Below are positions 14,214 through 26,299 of a stretch of DNA of 64,000 bases, in pieces. The notes under the pieces were generated by a model that saw nothing but the letters and a program-made list of their open reading frames with translations, did no database searches and was not told where the DNA came from. Origin of the DNA: Rhina ancylostomus (Eukaryota); the NCBI GenBank assembly GCA_030265395.1, contig JARFYF010000007.1:38086924-38150923 (forward strand), written 5' to 3'. The position numbers and the translations under genes were made by a program. Numbering within the stretch: position 1 is the stretch's first letter; the number at the start of each line of letters is the position of its first letter.

Positions 14214-15519
14214 GTATGTATATTTGTTCAAAAATTTGTGTGTAATAAAATTATTCCTCAAGCAGACTATCACATTACATAAAACTAAAAGCAAATGGAG
14301 CTGCAGAGGAAGTAGAGTTGGACCTGGATGATGGGCTTGATAGTTGCTTGGTGGTAACTAAGACTTGCAATGGATGTAGTAGCATTGTGGCACTGCTGAG
14401 AGCCATTTGAGAATCACAGGGTCATTTTCCTCTTGCTCATCTTCTGCATTCATTTGCAGTGTGATGAAAATGGGCACTAGGAACTTGTCTGCAATTCCTG
14501 GACATTTTATGTAATCCAGATAACAATCTTAATACATGATTCACAGATCCGCTTTAAAAACTTGGCAGCATGGACTATGAAATACTTTGTGTGTCATTCA
14601 TCCTTGTCCTACGTATCATTTAGGTGTTAGAGTTGGCACAAGCAGTAATTTTCTGGTTGTATAAACTTGCAAAATAGCTGGTGACTTTATTTTTACAGTG
14701 TAAAATTGTCACTACAAGGAAATGGGAAAATTTTAGGGTGAGGGGATGAATATGTCAATTGGTTAATATTGTATTCAAAGGGACAAGATGGGTAATTTTA
14801 AAAACTATGCCTCTTGATGAACAACTTTTAATGAAATTTTTTCAGCTACTTGATTAATAAATATGATGTGAAAGCCCACCAAATGTGGAAGCGTAGATGA
14901 AATTAGGTTTAAAGATAGAAAACTGGGCAGAGCTTATATTTTGGATGCATTTCAGTCTGCAGGAAGGTAGTAGTAATGTCAGGTACACCTTTGACCCCTA
15001 TTGTGCCCTACAAACTACCCACCATGCAGGCATAAATACATGGAAGTAGTTTACTAAAGTTAATGATTTTTTTTAAACCTTAACATGGTGTAGATTAAGG
15101 AGATGAATATCTGTTCAAATATAATGTGGAAAAATGGAAGCATTGTTCAAAATTGTTAGAAATTTTGATTGGGTCAATTCCCAGTAGGTACTTCTACAGG
15201 TTGAAGTGATACAAATGGAAGAAGGAGTACTTGAAAATAAACATTTGAAAATTGTGCACGGTTTGAATTAAGAAAGCTGCTGTGGNNNNNNNNNNNNNNN
15301 NNNNNNNNNNNNNNNNNNNNNNNNNNNNNNNNNNNNNNNNNNNNNNNNNNNNNNNNNNNNNNNNNNNNNNNNNNNNNNNNNNNNNCGGGAAACCTACAAG
15401 TGGCACTTCCCAAAAGCGAAAATGGATTTGCTTCTATTACTCTTTCCAGTAATTACCTAACCACCTTTTTTTTAAAGAAACACTTCTTTTGGAGATGATC
15501 TGCCATTTGTGTCCTCTAG

Positions 15520-15578
15520 AAACTGACACTTCAACGTGTAGAAGTACTTATATGGAATTGGATAGTTCTAGAACCTGA
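15520..15578 (+). CDS. RNF149: RNF149 probable terminal coding exon 7
   Basis: tttgtgtcctctag acceptor; phase 1 matches exon 6; (E)TDTSTCRSTYMELDSSRT then TGA; little recognisable protein conservation. Confidence 0.6.
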
Positions 15579-15609
15579 TACAATGAGCAAGACAAAATCC
15601 AACCACCAT

Positions 15610-15960
15610 CTAAAAGTCTAAAGCCAAGAATTCTCCCAGTTTACCTGGATGAGTGTAAATCCAACCATGTTCAAGAAGCTTTGCACCATCCTGGACAAAG
15701 CAGCCTGCTTGACTGTTACCCAATCCACTGCCCAAAACCTTCATCCGTTCCACCAAAGTGCACTTGCCTGCAGTTTGCACTATCCTGCAAAATACACTAT
15801 AGTTAATTGCCAAGCTACTTTGATAGCACTTCCTAAACCCCTGACCTCTGTTATCAAGAAAGACCAAGGCAGTCAGCACTTGGGAATATGACCATGTGCA
15901 GGCTCCACACGATCTGTTTACCATCCTGACCTGGGAATATGTCACCATTTCTTTGTCAAT
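15610..15960 (+). mobile_element. Non-LTR retrotransposon ORF2 3' fragment
   Basis: WMSVNPTMFKKLCTILDKAACL; homologous copies at ~12530-12870 and ~40470-40630 in this window. Confidence 0.6.
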
Positions 15961-18328
15961 GGGTAGCTTGGTGGCTCAGCAGTTAGTGTTGCAAGAAAAA
16001 ATATCTGTACGTTCAATGTCTGACTAATGCAGGAACATGAGTGCCACTTCAAATATTGTGGTTGCCTGGTAGTAAAATGATATTCACTTTTGAATAATGT
16101 GTAAACAGCAAAATTATAGAAACTAAATGTAAATATAAAACATGCTAAATTATCTGTGTTCAACGTGCTGTACTGAGAAAGATTAACCTTGCGACTCTCC
16201 CTCCAGCTTCCAATTTTCCATTCTAGCTGCCATTGAAAATCTGTTATTTAGCCACAGCAAAGGNNNNNNNNNNNNNNNNNNNNNNNNNNNNNNNNNNNNN
16301 NNNNNNNNNNNNNNNNNNNNNNNNNNNNNNNNNNNNNNNNNNNNNNNNNNNNNNNNNNNNNNNNNNNNNNNNNNNNNNNNNNNNNNNNNNNNNNNNNNNN
16401 NNNNNNNNNNNNNNNNNNNNNNNNNNNNNNNNNNNNNNNNNNNNNNNNNNNNNNNNNNNNNNNNNNNNNNNNNNNNNNNNNNNNNNNNNNNNNNNNNNNN
16501 NNNNNNNNNNNNNNNNNNNNNNNNNNNNNNNNNNNNNNNNNNNNNNNNNNNNNNNNNNNNNNNNNNNNGAATTCTAATATGGTAATCTTTAAATAAGGTT
16601 TTGCTTAAAACTTTCACCTTTTTTTTCCCCCACTCTGTTTCTAGAAGCAAATTTAGAAAATCAAATAAATAGTGACAATTCACCTTGTCCTATTGGATGT
16701 CCAGATTCCAGATGAATATTTCTGAAGAAAATAAATTGGGAAATGGTGTTGACTTGAAGCATGAAAGGCCATCATGGGTTCTTGGAAGAGAAATAAAAAT
16801 ATTGTATACAGTTTGGTGTGTGCAACAAAATATTAGGTCATATATTTTAATTCATCGCTTTGCAGTTCTAACTGGTTAAAATAACCTTAGCTGTATAAAG
16901 AAACAATAAATAATTCTTATTAGAGGTGGTGAAATGTGTTGATTTGGTAACATATGGGATACAGCAAAATTCCTGTTCTTCCACAATTTAGCAGAGAAGG
17001 TACTTGGGTAAGTGCCTTTGGCAACTTCATTGTTTGTGGTGCTGGAATTTAGAATTTAAAATCACTGGTTGTACATGTGTCCATTTTGTCTTCATTTTCT
17101 CTATTCAAGTTGGAAAAAGTATATTTGTAGATATGCTTATTTAATTAGCACATTTTCAATGAGTTTATATTGCCAACTTGTCAGGTATTGACACCTGGAG
17201 AGTTATTTTTAGGCGTTGTCAGATTGTGATGATGTCAATGATCTTAACTGGACTAGTAATATATACATATTTCAGGGCATTAATGTACTTGTTTGTCCCA
17301 CTACCTTTTCGTAGTATTTGATAGATTTCTCTAAGTGGCCATTCCATTTGAAGGATATTTTGTGCTAATTTAATTGCAACTGTACCTACGAGTTCTCTAT
17401 TAAAAGTGCACTAAAAATATTAACTAATTAAACAATTATTTGTTTAAACATTTAATTATCGAAACCATCATAAAAGGCCTCAAATGTAATTGGATTAAAA
17501 TGTTTTGGAGATGCCCTACTTTGTGTTAAATTACCTGTACTTCAGAACTTCTATAAATTTATTGGTAAAGATTTCCATAAAATAATTCTAATATAAGTAA
17601 CCACTTGTTATTAGCTGTGATGCAGCTGTATCAATCTGTTTAAGGACAGAATTTGATTTTGGCAATATTTTATAATTTGCCAGTCAGATCTTCTACTTCT
17701 ATTTTGTTTTAATGTAACAGAGCAATAAAACCAGGTGCCTTATGCCAATANNNNNNNNNNNNNNNNNNNNNNNNNNNNNNNNNNNNNNNNNNNNNNNNNN
17801 NNGTTTTGCGCAGTAATTTGCAAAACTGCATTAATATTTTGGGCAAAAAACTCATTTCAAAACAATTCTAACAAAATTTGCTCTATATTGCTGTATTATG
17901 CAATATTAACAACATATAATGATATAAAACGTTCAAAAGCATGGGCATACATTAAAATTTCAACCTGTTCAGTGCTGGCATGGTATTTTTAAATTGAGAA
18001 CTAGATGAAAGCAGCAAAGTATCAAAAACCTTGATGTGCAATATTTTCTTTTATAGTAAATTAAATGCCAGCATTGCTTTCTAACAAGATGCGATTTGTT
18101 GTGAGACGCTTAGCATGAGGCTACGTGCCTGCAACTCCTTTAGTGGAATTTGCTTCAGTGAAAATGCTTTCTGCCATTTCATTCGTGTCTGCTTGGCTGG
18201 CTGCAGTTTAAAATGGTTCTTGAAAAGGTTCGAAGGTCAACTTGTGATTTTTAAAAAAATAACTGGAAATAACTATGGGAGTCTTCAAGGGTTTGGAGAC
18301 CAGGCCCTTAGTGAAATTGTATGCATGC

Positions 18329-18334
18329 AATAAA
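18329..18334 (+). terminator. Candidate polyadenylation signal for RNF149
   Basis: AATAAA followed by a U/GU-rich tract (cactttttttatcattgtgcttttgaattagtgttttgttttatt); other AATAAA hexamers also occur upstream. Confidence 0.4.
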
Positions 18335-21299
18335 CACATTTTGAACACTTTTTTTATCATTGTGCTTTTGAATTAGTGTTTTGTTTTATTTTCTCAGATG
18401 TACAAATTTCAAGGCCTTAGGTACAAATATAAATTCCATCTTTTCATTTCTTCAATTGCCTTTCTAATTTTCATATTTTACCCTTCCTTGGGTACAGAAG
18501 CATTTCAGATCATGAGCTCAACCATTCTTGGTGTTGTTATACTGTGTGAATTTGGAAAAGTAATTAAAAAAACGCAGTTGGACAAGTAAATACACAAGTA
18601 TAAAATCATTACAAAATAATCTGAGATGACTCTTGGATTTTTTAAAATCTCTTTTTAAGGGAGTGCTGCATTCCACATGGTACCTGAGGATAGTATTTAA
18701 ACAAACTTTATGACTTTAGTTCAACTGGCCATTAAAGGTGAAAATTTCTCCTGCTGTATACAACAGGCTACTACTTTCAGTCCACTCATTAAAGTAAGGA
18801 TCACAAACTTAACAAGCATCAAAGCAGAATACGATGGCTTTACATTCTGTGGAACGACTTGTACAGGGTATATACATGATTTCTTTGCTGTTGCTCCTTA
18901 ATTAACACTACTGAAAGAAAGAGACTGCATTCCATAAACAGGAAGATCCTACAAACAAGAATGAATTGTAGTGTTCAATTTGGCAATGAACTACAAATTT
19001 GGGAACAGCCTATCACTTGAAGCTGCATTAAGTAAATTTTCTTGCAAAGAAAGGTGGGAATTCAAAATAATCAGATCTGGATTTTGACTGTCCACTGCTT
19101 GAACATCTTTCCTTTTTATTTGTTATAGCCAAAATTCAAATGTGTAAAGTCTGCATCAGACAAAAACTTGACCTTCTGCACAATTATAATGTACTATTCT
19201 GACAGCTTGATTGAAAGATTGTTACTCCAAAATATTAGTTTTATATAAAGAATACAGACTCAACTGTTACAACATGACATATATATATTTCTGCTAAATG
19301 TTCAGTGACCAACAGTCATACATTTCTCATGTCTTGTAGTTGCAGCCATAGCAACTTGTGCATTGGGGTAGATAGTGGGTGTGTATAAGTGATTGTCAGC
19401 TATGTACTCTGAGAAAGATTAGAAAGTATAGACTTTGACATATTTTTCCATTGTTTGACTTTTGTTCTTACAGTAGTCTTGAGTTTCTATTGATAGAAAA
19501 GGTGGCCAGATCCTCTTTTTGATAGGAATCTAATCTGGTTTACGGTTGCTCTTGAATTGCATAGAATGTTTAATCTGGTTATTAGTTCTGTAGGATCGGC
19601 AGAGAGGTCTTTTTGTTTAGTATGTAGTTGGTCCATTGAGACAGCCACTGCTCATCACTATTGAGCAAGAGCTATTAGTTTCCCTCTTCACATCTTATCC
19701 TTCATCCATAACTATCTGCTGACAAGAGATTTCTTGAGGTTCATCAGAGGGAAAATTTCATACTCTTTCCTTTCCCCTGCAGAAAAATTAGTTCCAATTA
19801 CCACTCAATATATTTACAATTTATTAAAATTGTTTGCAGCAGCTGCATTTAAATCCTTCAAACTACTGTTTTAAAAAAGATGTTGAACCTCTCCGTTGTT
19901 CTTAATTATTTTAACATTTCAGCAATTATTTTTTAAGCTATTGGCATTTGCTTCTCAGTAAATGTACCAAACATACAGGAGCAACCTTTGTAATTGACTC
20001 AGGCTTTTGTTTTCAATCAAATGGGCCTTAACTGATCTGGTAAATTACTAACATTCCTGAGAGATAAGAGCAGTGCATTTGTGAGTTTGTAACATTGCCA
20101 TTGTCTGCCTTAGCTGTCTCCTTCCACTGGATATTACATGGCAGACTTCAATGCTGGCTCTCAAACAAGGCTTCTATGTGCTGCTTGGGCCAGTATCATT
20201 TCTACTATTTGCTTCTGCAAATGTGTATTGAAGCAAACTTCTCACATTCAATAAAGAATTATCCTCCAGTTTGAAAGAAGACTGACTTATTGTCACTTTT
20301 AAAATAAAATTGCTACAATAGCATGTTGCTTCTAGCTTCAAATGATCAAACTTTGTGGACATCAATACCTCTAACTGTTCAAACATCATCAAGAGTATTT
20401 TTGCAAGGTTTTTAGATAGTGGCTCAAGACTGCTCAATTGTAGTTTTGATGAGGCTTATCAACCAATTTCTCTAACAGTTTAGCTTAAAGATGAAAAGAT
20501 GAACATGTCTCAGTACACCACCACATCCAATAACAGGTAATAGATGATAGTGATCATCTCTAGTTTTCTTTGCATTCGGTTTGCATCTCAGCAGCATTGA
20601 GCTTGGAACCTGAATGTTACTAATCCAAGCTCCATTGCCTCAGAAATTTCCCATAATCAAAAAAAAAGTCATTTTGTGTGACCCACAATTTCTAGGATCT
20701 CAAGGACTAGAGTGTAGAACAACATTAGAAATGAGGTGAGAGGCTGTGTTCCTACTTCTTCCCTCAGTTTTTATACTCCACTTGGATGACACAGATGAGG
20801 CCAACTTTGCTTATTGTGACTTGCCCTCAAGCCACAATCAAATCACTGTACTCAAAATAGTAATGATGCAAGGTTGTTTCTCATAGTAATGTTAGCTAGA
20901 ATACTGTAGGCCTTTGATCCAAAAATGCTGAACCAATGGCAATATATTTCCATAGCAGCATGGGATGAGATTTGGAAGGTAGCTTGAACATGCTGCTCAC
21001 TTTCTTTATAATTGCTAAAGGTGCTGTTAAAGGTAGCTTAAGCAAATTGCTATGGTAGAGCTTGTAGGTAGTATGCAGTACAGTCATGGTGCATTAGCGA
21101 TGGAAACTATGCTGCAAAAGAGTGTTTCCTTGTGCTTAGAGCTACAATCACAAGGTGAAACAAATAGTACTTCAAATCACAGTGCCATAGGCAGTGAAAA
21201 AGTTAGGGAAAACATGGACAGTTAACTGCTTGGTAATAGTGAATTATTTTTAACTGTGCATTCAATCAGGTACTATACTTGAACATTACCTTTCTTAAA

Positions 21300-21780
21300 A
21301 TAAAAGCTACAAATGCAGGAAATCCAAAAGAAAAACTGAAAATACTGGATATACTCAGCAGGTCAGGCCTCTGTGAGAAGATAAACAGAGTTAACTGTTC
21401 AGGTAGGACACCCTTCAGCAGAACTAGGATGGAGATAGAAGCTTGAAGCTGTAGGGATGGTGGTAGAAGGGGAATGGCTCCGAGAGAGTAAAAGCAGGGA
21501 GATCATGGGGTAATGATCGGAGCAGTAGACTGAGAGGAATGTAGGAGGTGCAAAAGAGGAAAGTTTAGTCAGTTGGCATTGTCCTCAATTCCCAGAGGCA
21601 AAAATAGAAACAAAACCTGAGCTAGTGTCAGATGGGTGAGAGATACAGACAGAAATCAAGTTAACTGAAGTTGTTGAGCTCAGTATCAAGTCCAGTAGGC
21701 GACCACATGCCCAGATGGAAGATGACCTGCTGTTCCTTAAGCTTGCATCTTACAATAGTAAGGAGTAGGGAAGGCCAACA
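21300..21780 (-). mobile_element. Penelope-like element 3' fragment: GIY-YIG endonuclease C-terminus plus terminal repeat (pLTR)
   Basis: 21750-21661 translates RCKLKEQQVIFHLGMWSPTGLDTELNNFS*, resembling the recalled vertebrate PLE C-terminus RKLEEQHLIFRLGTLQPxGLNxEF; followed by a hammerhead-like core and the repeat found many times in this window. Confidence 0.75.
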
Positions 21781-22309
21781 TTAGACTCAGGTGATGGACA
21801 AAACTTGTGCAAAAGAAACAACATTTTATTTTTTTTACTTTTAGTCACTCCACACTGTTGGGCAATAAGATTTGGATATGACATAACCACATTAATTGGG
21901 TTGGCAGTCACAGCCAAGGCCCTCCTCTACCATGGCCTCTCCAGTCCGAGGACATATGAACAGATGTCTCAGAGTGCAGCACTATCACAGTCTTCGTCTG
22001 CAAGGCATTTTCTCTGACACACAAGGTTTGTGGATTAGGAGAGGGTTAAGGAAGTGGTTTTATCGGGGAGTAATTGGTTAAAGCTCGGTGACTTAGTGGA
22101 GGTGGAGTAAAGGGCAAGGGATTACTTCTGATCATGGCTACTATGGATCCCCACTATGTAGTGTATAAGAGAAACTTCCATTAGGGTAAATTTTATTCTG
22201 TATCTCAGATTTTTGGATAGTGATATGCAGATTCTTTAAGGATGAAATTTGTTGGCCAAATGGTCGTAATGTGGGGTTGCCTGAATAGTTTCAAACCTAG
22301 GCTATTCCA

Positions 22310-22661
22310 ACAACTAGAAGTAGAGAGCATTGAGGAGATAAGGTTGCAGGGTGACCTAAATAGTTTAGAAGATGGGATAAGAAATGGCAGATGAGAATCA
22401 ATGTTGAGAAATGTGCAGTCGTACATTTTGGAAACAGAAATAAGCAGGCAGACTATTATCTAGAAGGGGAGAGAATTCAAAGTACTGAAGTGCAAAGGGA
22501 CCCGGGAGTACTCGTACAGGATACCATAAAGGTTAGCCACCAGGCTGGATTGGCGGTAAAGAAAACGAATGCAATGTTGGCATTCATCTTGTGTTTAAAA
22601 GTAAGTAAGTATTGATGAAGCTCTATGGGGCAGTGGTGAGGCCTCATTTGGAATATTGTGT
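22310..22661 (+). mobile_element. CR1 LINE ORF2 (RT C-terminal region) fragment
   Basis: KWQMRINVEKCAVVHFGNRNKQADYYLEGERIQSTEVQRDPGVLV...KKTNAMLAFI and KLYGAVVRPHLEYC, typical CR1 motifs; truncated by a gap. Confidence 0.9.
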
Positions 22662-24577
22662 NNNNNNNNNNNNNNNNNNNNNNNNNNNNNNNNNNNNNNN
22701 NNNNNNNNNNNNNNNNNNNNNNNNNNNNNNNNNNNNNNNNNNNNNNNNNNNNNNNNNNNNNNNNNNNNNNNNNNNNNNNNNNNNNNNNNNNNNNNNNNNN
22801 NNNNNNNNNNNNNNNNNNNNNNNNNNNNNNNNNNNNNNNNNNNNNNNNNNNNNNNNNNNNNNNNNNNNNNNNNNNNNNNNNNNNNNNNNNNNNNNNNNNN
22901 NNNNNNNNNNNNNNNNNNNNNNNNNNNNNNNNNNNNNNNNNNNNNNNNNNNNNNNNNNNNNNNNNNNNNNNNNNNNNNNNNNNNNNNNNNNNNNNNNNNN
23001 NNNNNNNNNNNNNNNNNNNNNNNNNNNNNNNNNNNNNNNNNNNNNNNNNNNNNNNNNNNNNNNNNNNNNNNNNNNNNNNNNNNNNNNNNNNNNNNNNNNN
23101 NNNNNNNNNNNNNNNNNNNNNNNNNNNNNNNNNNNNNNNNNNNNNNNNNNNNNNNNNNNNNNNNNNNNNNNNNNNNNNNNNNNNNNNNNNNNNNNNNNNN
23201 NNNNNNNNNNNNNNNNNNNNNNNNNNNNNNNNNNNNNNNNNNNNNNNNNNNNNNNNNNNNNNNNNNNNNNNNNNNNNNNNNNNNNNNNNNNNNNNNNNNN
23301 NNNNNNNNNNNNNNNNNNNNNNNNNNNNNNNNNNNNNNNNNNNNNNNNNAAAAGATAAAAGAGTTAGTTTACACAATGGTGGTAGTGGTGCAAAGTTTAT
23401 CACATAGCTTACTTTTCACTCTGAGCATCACTGTGCTGCTTAATTCTGGTCATCCAAATTTTGACTGCCCCATCTTTAGTAGTTGTCTAAGATTTACCTG
23501 CCCAAAGGTGCTCACTTCTCTGTCCTCTCCTCCATACCCTAATTTTTCCACTGGGGTAAAATTTAAAGCACATGACACACTGAAGTATGGACAATGTCAA
23601 ACCATATCTGGGAAATAGATTTGATCATCAAATGGTACAGAGAGCTGGAAGAGCAACTTGTAAAGATATAAATAAAAATCTTTAGTCAAAAACCAGAGTC
23701 TTGAATTTAAAAGGCAATTATAAAGATGCAATGGGTTCAGGAAAAAAAAATGTTATATTGAGATCAACAAGCAACATTTCTGAACCCCAGATACTTCAGC
23801 CTGTTCGCTGTAGCTGGAGAGACTAGAACTAGGGTCCTAATCACAGCACAAGGGACCAGCCAATTAAACAGTGAAAAGGAGAAATTTCATCATACAAAAG
23901 GACTGAAATCCCCTGCCTGGGAACACTGCACGTGCTCATTTGTTTAGCATAATCATGGTAAGAATGATAGACATTTGGACACAAAGAGAAACAGGAGATG
24001 AGGGATCTCTTCAGAGGTCAAGGTGCTGTATGGCCTCCTTCTGCTATTTCTTATGTTAAGATCTTGATGCTTTACACAACTCTGTAAAGGATTCCAAAAT
24101 ATATNNNNNNNNNNNNNNNNNNNNNNNNNNNNNNNNNNNNNNNNNNNNNNNNNNNNNNNNNNNNNNNNNNNNNNNNNNNNNNNNNNNNNNNNNNNNNNNN
24201 NNNNGGGAGGTGTGGGGGGAGGGGGGGCCGCAGAAAGGAATAAGGAAATCAGAAAAAGATTGAAGGCACAAAGTCAATCCACATGGAAAACTGGAAGGTC
24301 ACATGCAAGGCAAAAAAAATGCAACCTCAAAATGCCATTAATCATGCATGCAGTGAGTAGAACCCATCAGTTTCAGTCCTAGGCAAACTAGTCGAAGGGG
24401 GGAGCAGCAGAAATAATTCTAACTATTCCATACTCCTTGAGGTATGCTCCAAGGCTGCCAACCCTGCAGTTACATGTGACAAAGCATCTATTCTCTAATA
24501 ATACACAAATGTATAAATACAACATACAGAAGGTGCACACATTAACAGCAACTACTGTAGAAAAAAAAATCAATTCA

Positions 24578-24742
<165 letters not shown>

Positions 24743-25190
24743 TTATACTATAGTTTTTGTCAAAAAACATTTCCCAGCTATCTACTGACCAGTGGAGGGA
24801 GTGAACATGTGTGGTATCAAGCAAGGGAAGAATAGATTTAAGCTGTGTTCAACAAAGTCAAACCTGGGCACGCAGAGTTTGCCAATAAAACAAATTGTAG
24901 AATTTTGGTATTTTTCACATTGACAGATGAGAGTGTTAAATTTTAAAGTGCTAGTCATTTCAAATACCAAACACAGCATCACATGAATTCCTGCTGTGAA
25001 CATGTTAAGTGAAGACAAAATTGGGAACAGATTGATCAACAAGACATTATTAAAACAAAGCTCTTACAGCACAACATACTCTAAGTTCGCACATTTTGAA
25101 GAGTGTCAAGGGTCGTTCCCTTTCTTATGTGCAAATGTCTTGAGCAGAGCAGTGCTAACATAGGAGAAAAAAAACAAAGCACAGAACTTA

Positions 25191-25394
<204 letters not shown>

Positions 25395-26299
25395 CTACCA
25401 AAAGAAAGGAAAAAAAAACAATGTTACTTAAATGCATTATTGACTTGTGCCGATCTGCAGAGATAGTGTCAAATGATAGATCGGTAATAACTACTGCAGA
25501 ATTAGAACTAGCATCAATGCATACTGAAATTATGATTTTAGCACTGCAAAACTGTAGTTCTAACATTGATAAATCAGTTAATCATATATAGAAAATGGAA
25601 AAAACATATCAATGTCAACTTCAGATTATTTCACAAGTAGTTTCCAGCAATTACTCTGAAAGCAATTTTAGTGTAATATGCATAAACCCAAGAAACTATA
25701 TTGTAATCCTTCAAAACCATTTCTTAAAATGATATAAACACACAGTATTCTAAATTTAAAAGTTCAAACAAGTCTTAAAGGTTGAACATCTACACTGAAT
25801 GCAGACAAATAAACTGCTGTAATCTCTATGGCTTTAGCTATCATCTTCAATCCTGATCTCCTTCTCAGTGGTACTCCTACTGGTGAGCGCAATCTCTCTT
25901 CCACTCGCCCCGCCCCCCAAAAAAAATTTCAGCTACTTAAGTGCCAATCTCTGAAGTTCCTTCCCTAATCCCTCCAATTTTCTCTACTTTCAAGATGTTA
26001 GGATCTGTATCTTTCACCAAACCCTTTGATCATCTGTACAAATACATGCATTAGTGTCAAATTTTGTCTGATACCGGTCCTGTGAAATGCAATGCAACAA
26101 TTTACTGCAAAAAATAGGTATACAAATGCAAGTTGTTGTTTTGATACAGATTACAACAAAAAATACAGGAATTGATCAGACAGATAAAGGTGAACTCAAT
26201 AATTTTCTCCTTCTCCCGTGATGTTTTCCCTATTTTCTCCCTGCCCCATTACTCTGTATTTTCAATCCAAGATGTATATTCTAATCCCACATTGTTGCC

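Noticed and set aside
14461-14580. GTGATGA C-box in RNF149 intron 6 (another at ~17226) as a possible snoRNA
   Set aside because: No matching D box (CTGA) with a terminal stem at a suitable distance; no similarity to the recalled SNORD89
16569-16610. tattag|AATTC at the right edge of the 16264-16568 gap as the CNOT11 exon 7 acceptor
   Set aside because: Poor pyrimidine tract, and the second codon would be Ser rather than Arg; the 23349 gap edge fits better
22477-23618. 250-320 aa ORFs
   Set aside because: Made almost entirely of N gap; the flanking residues are CR1 RT
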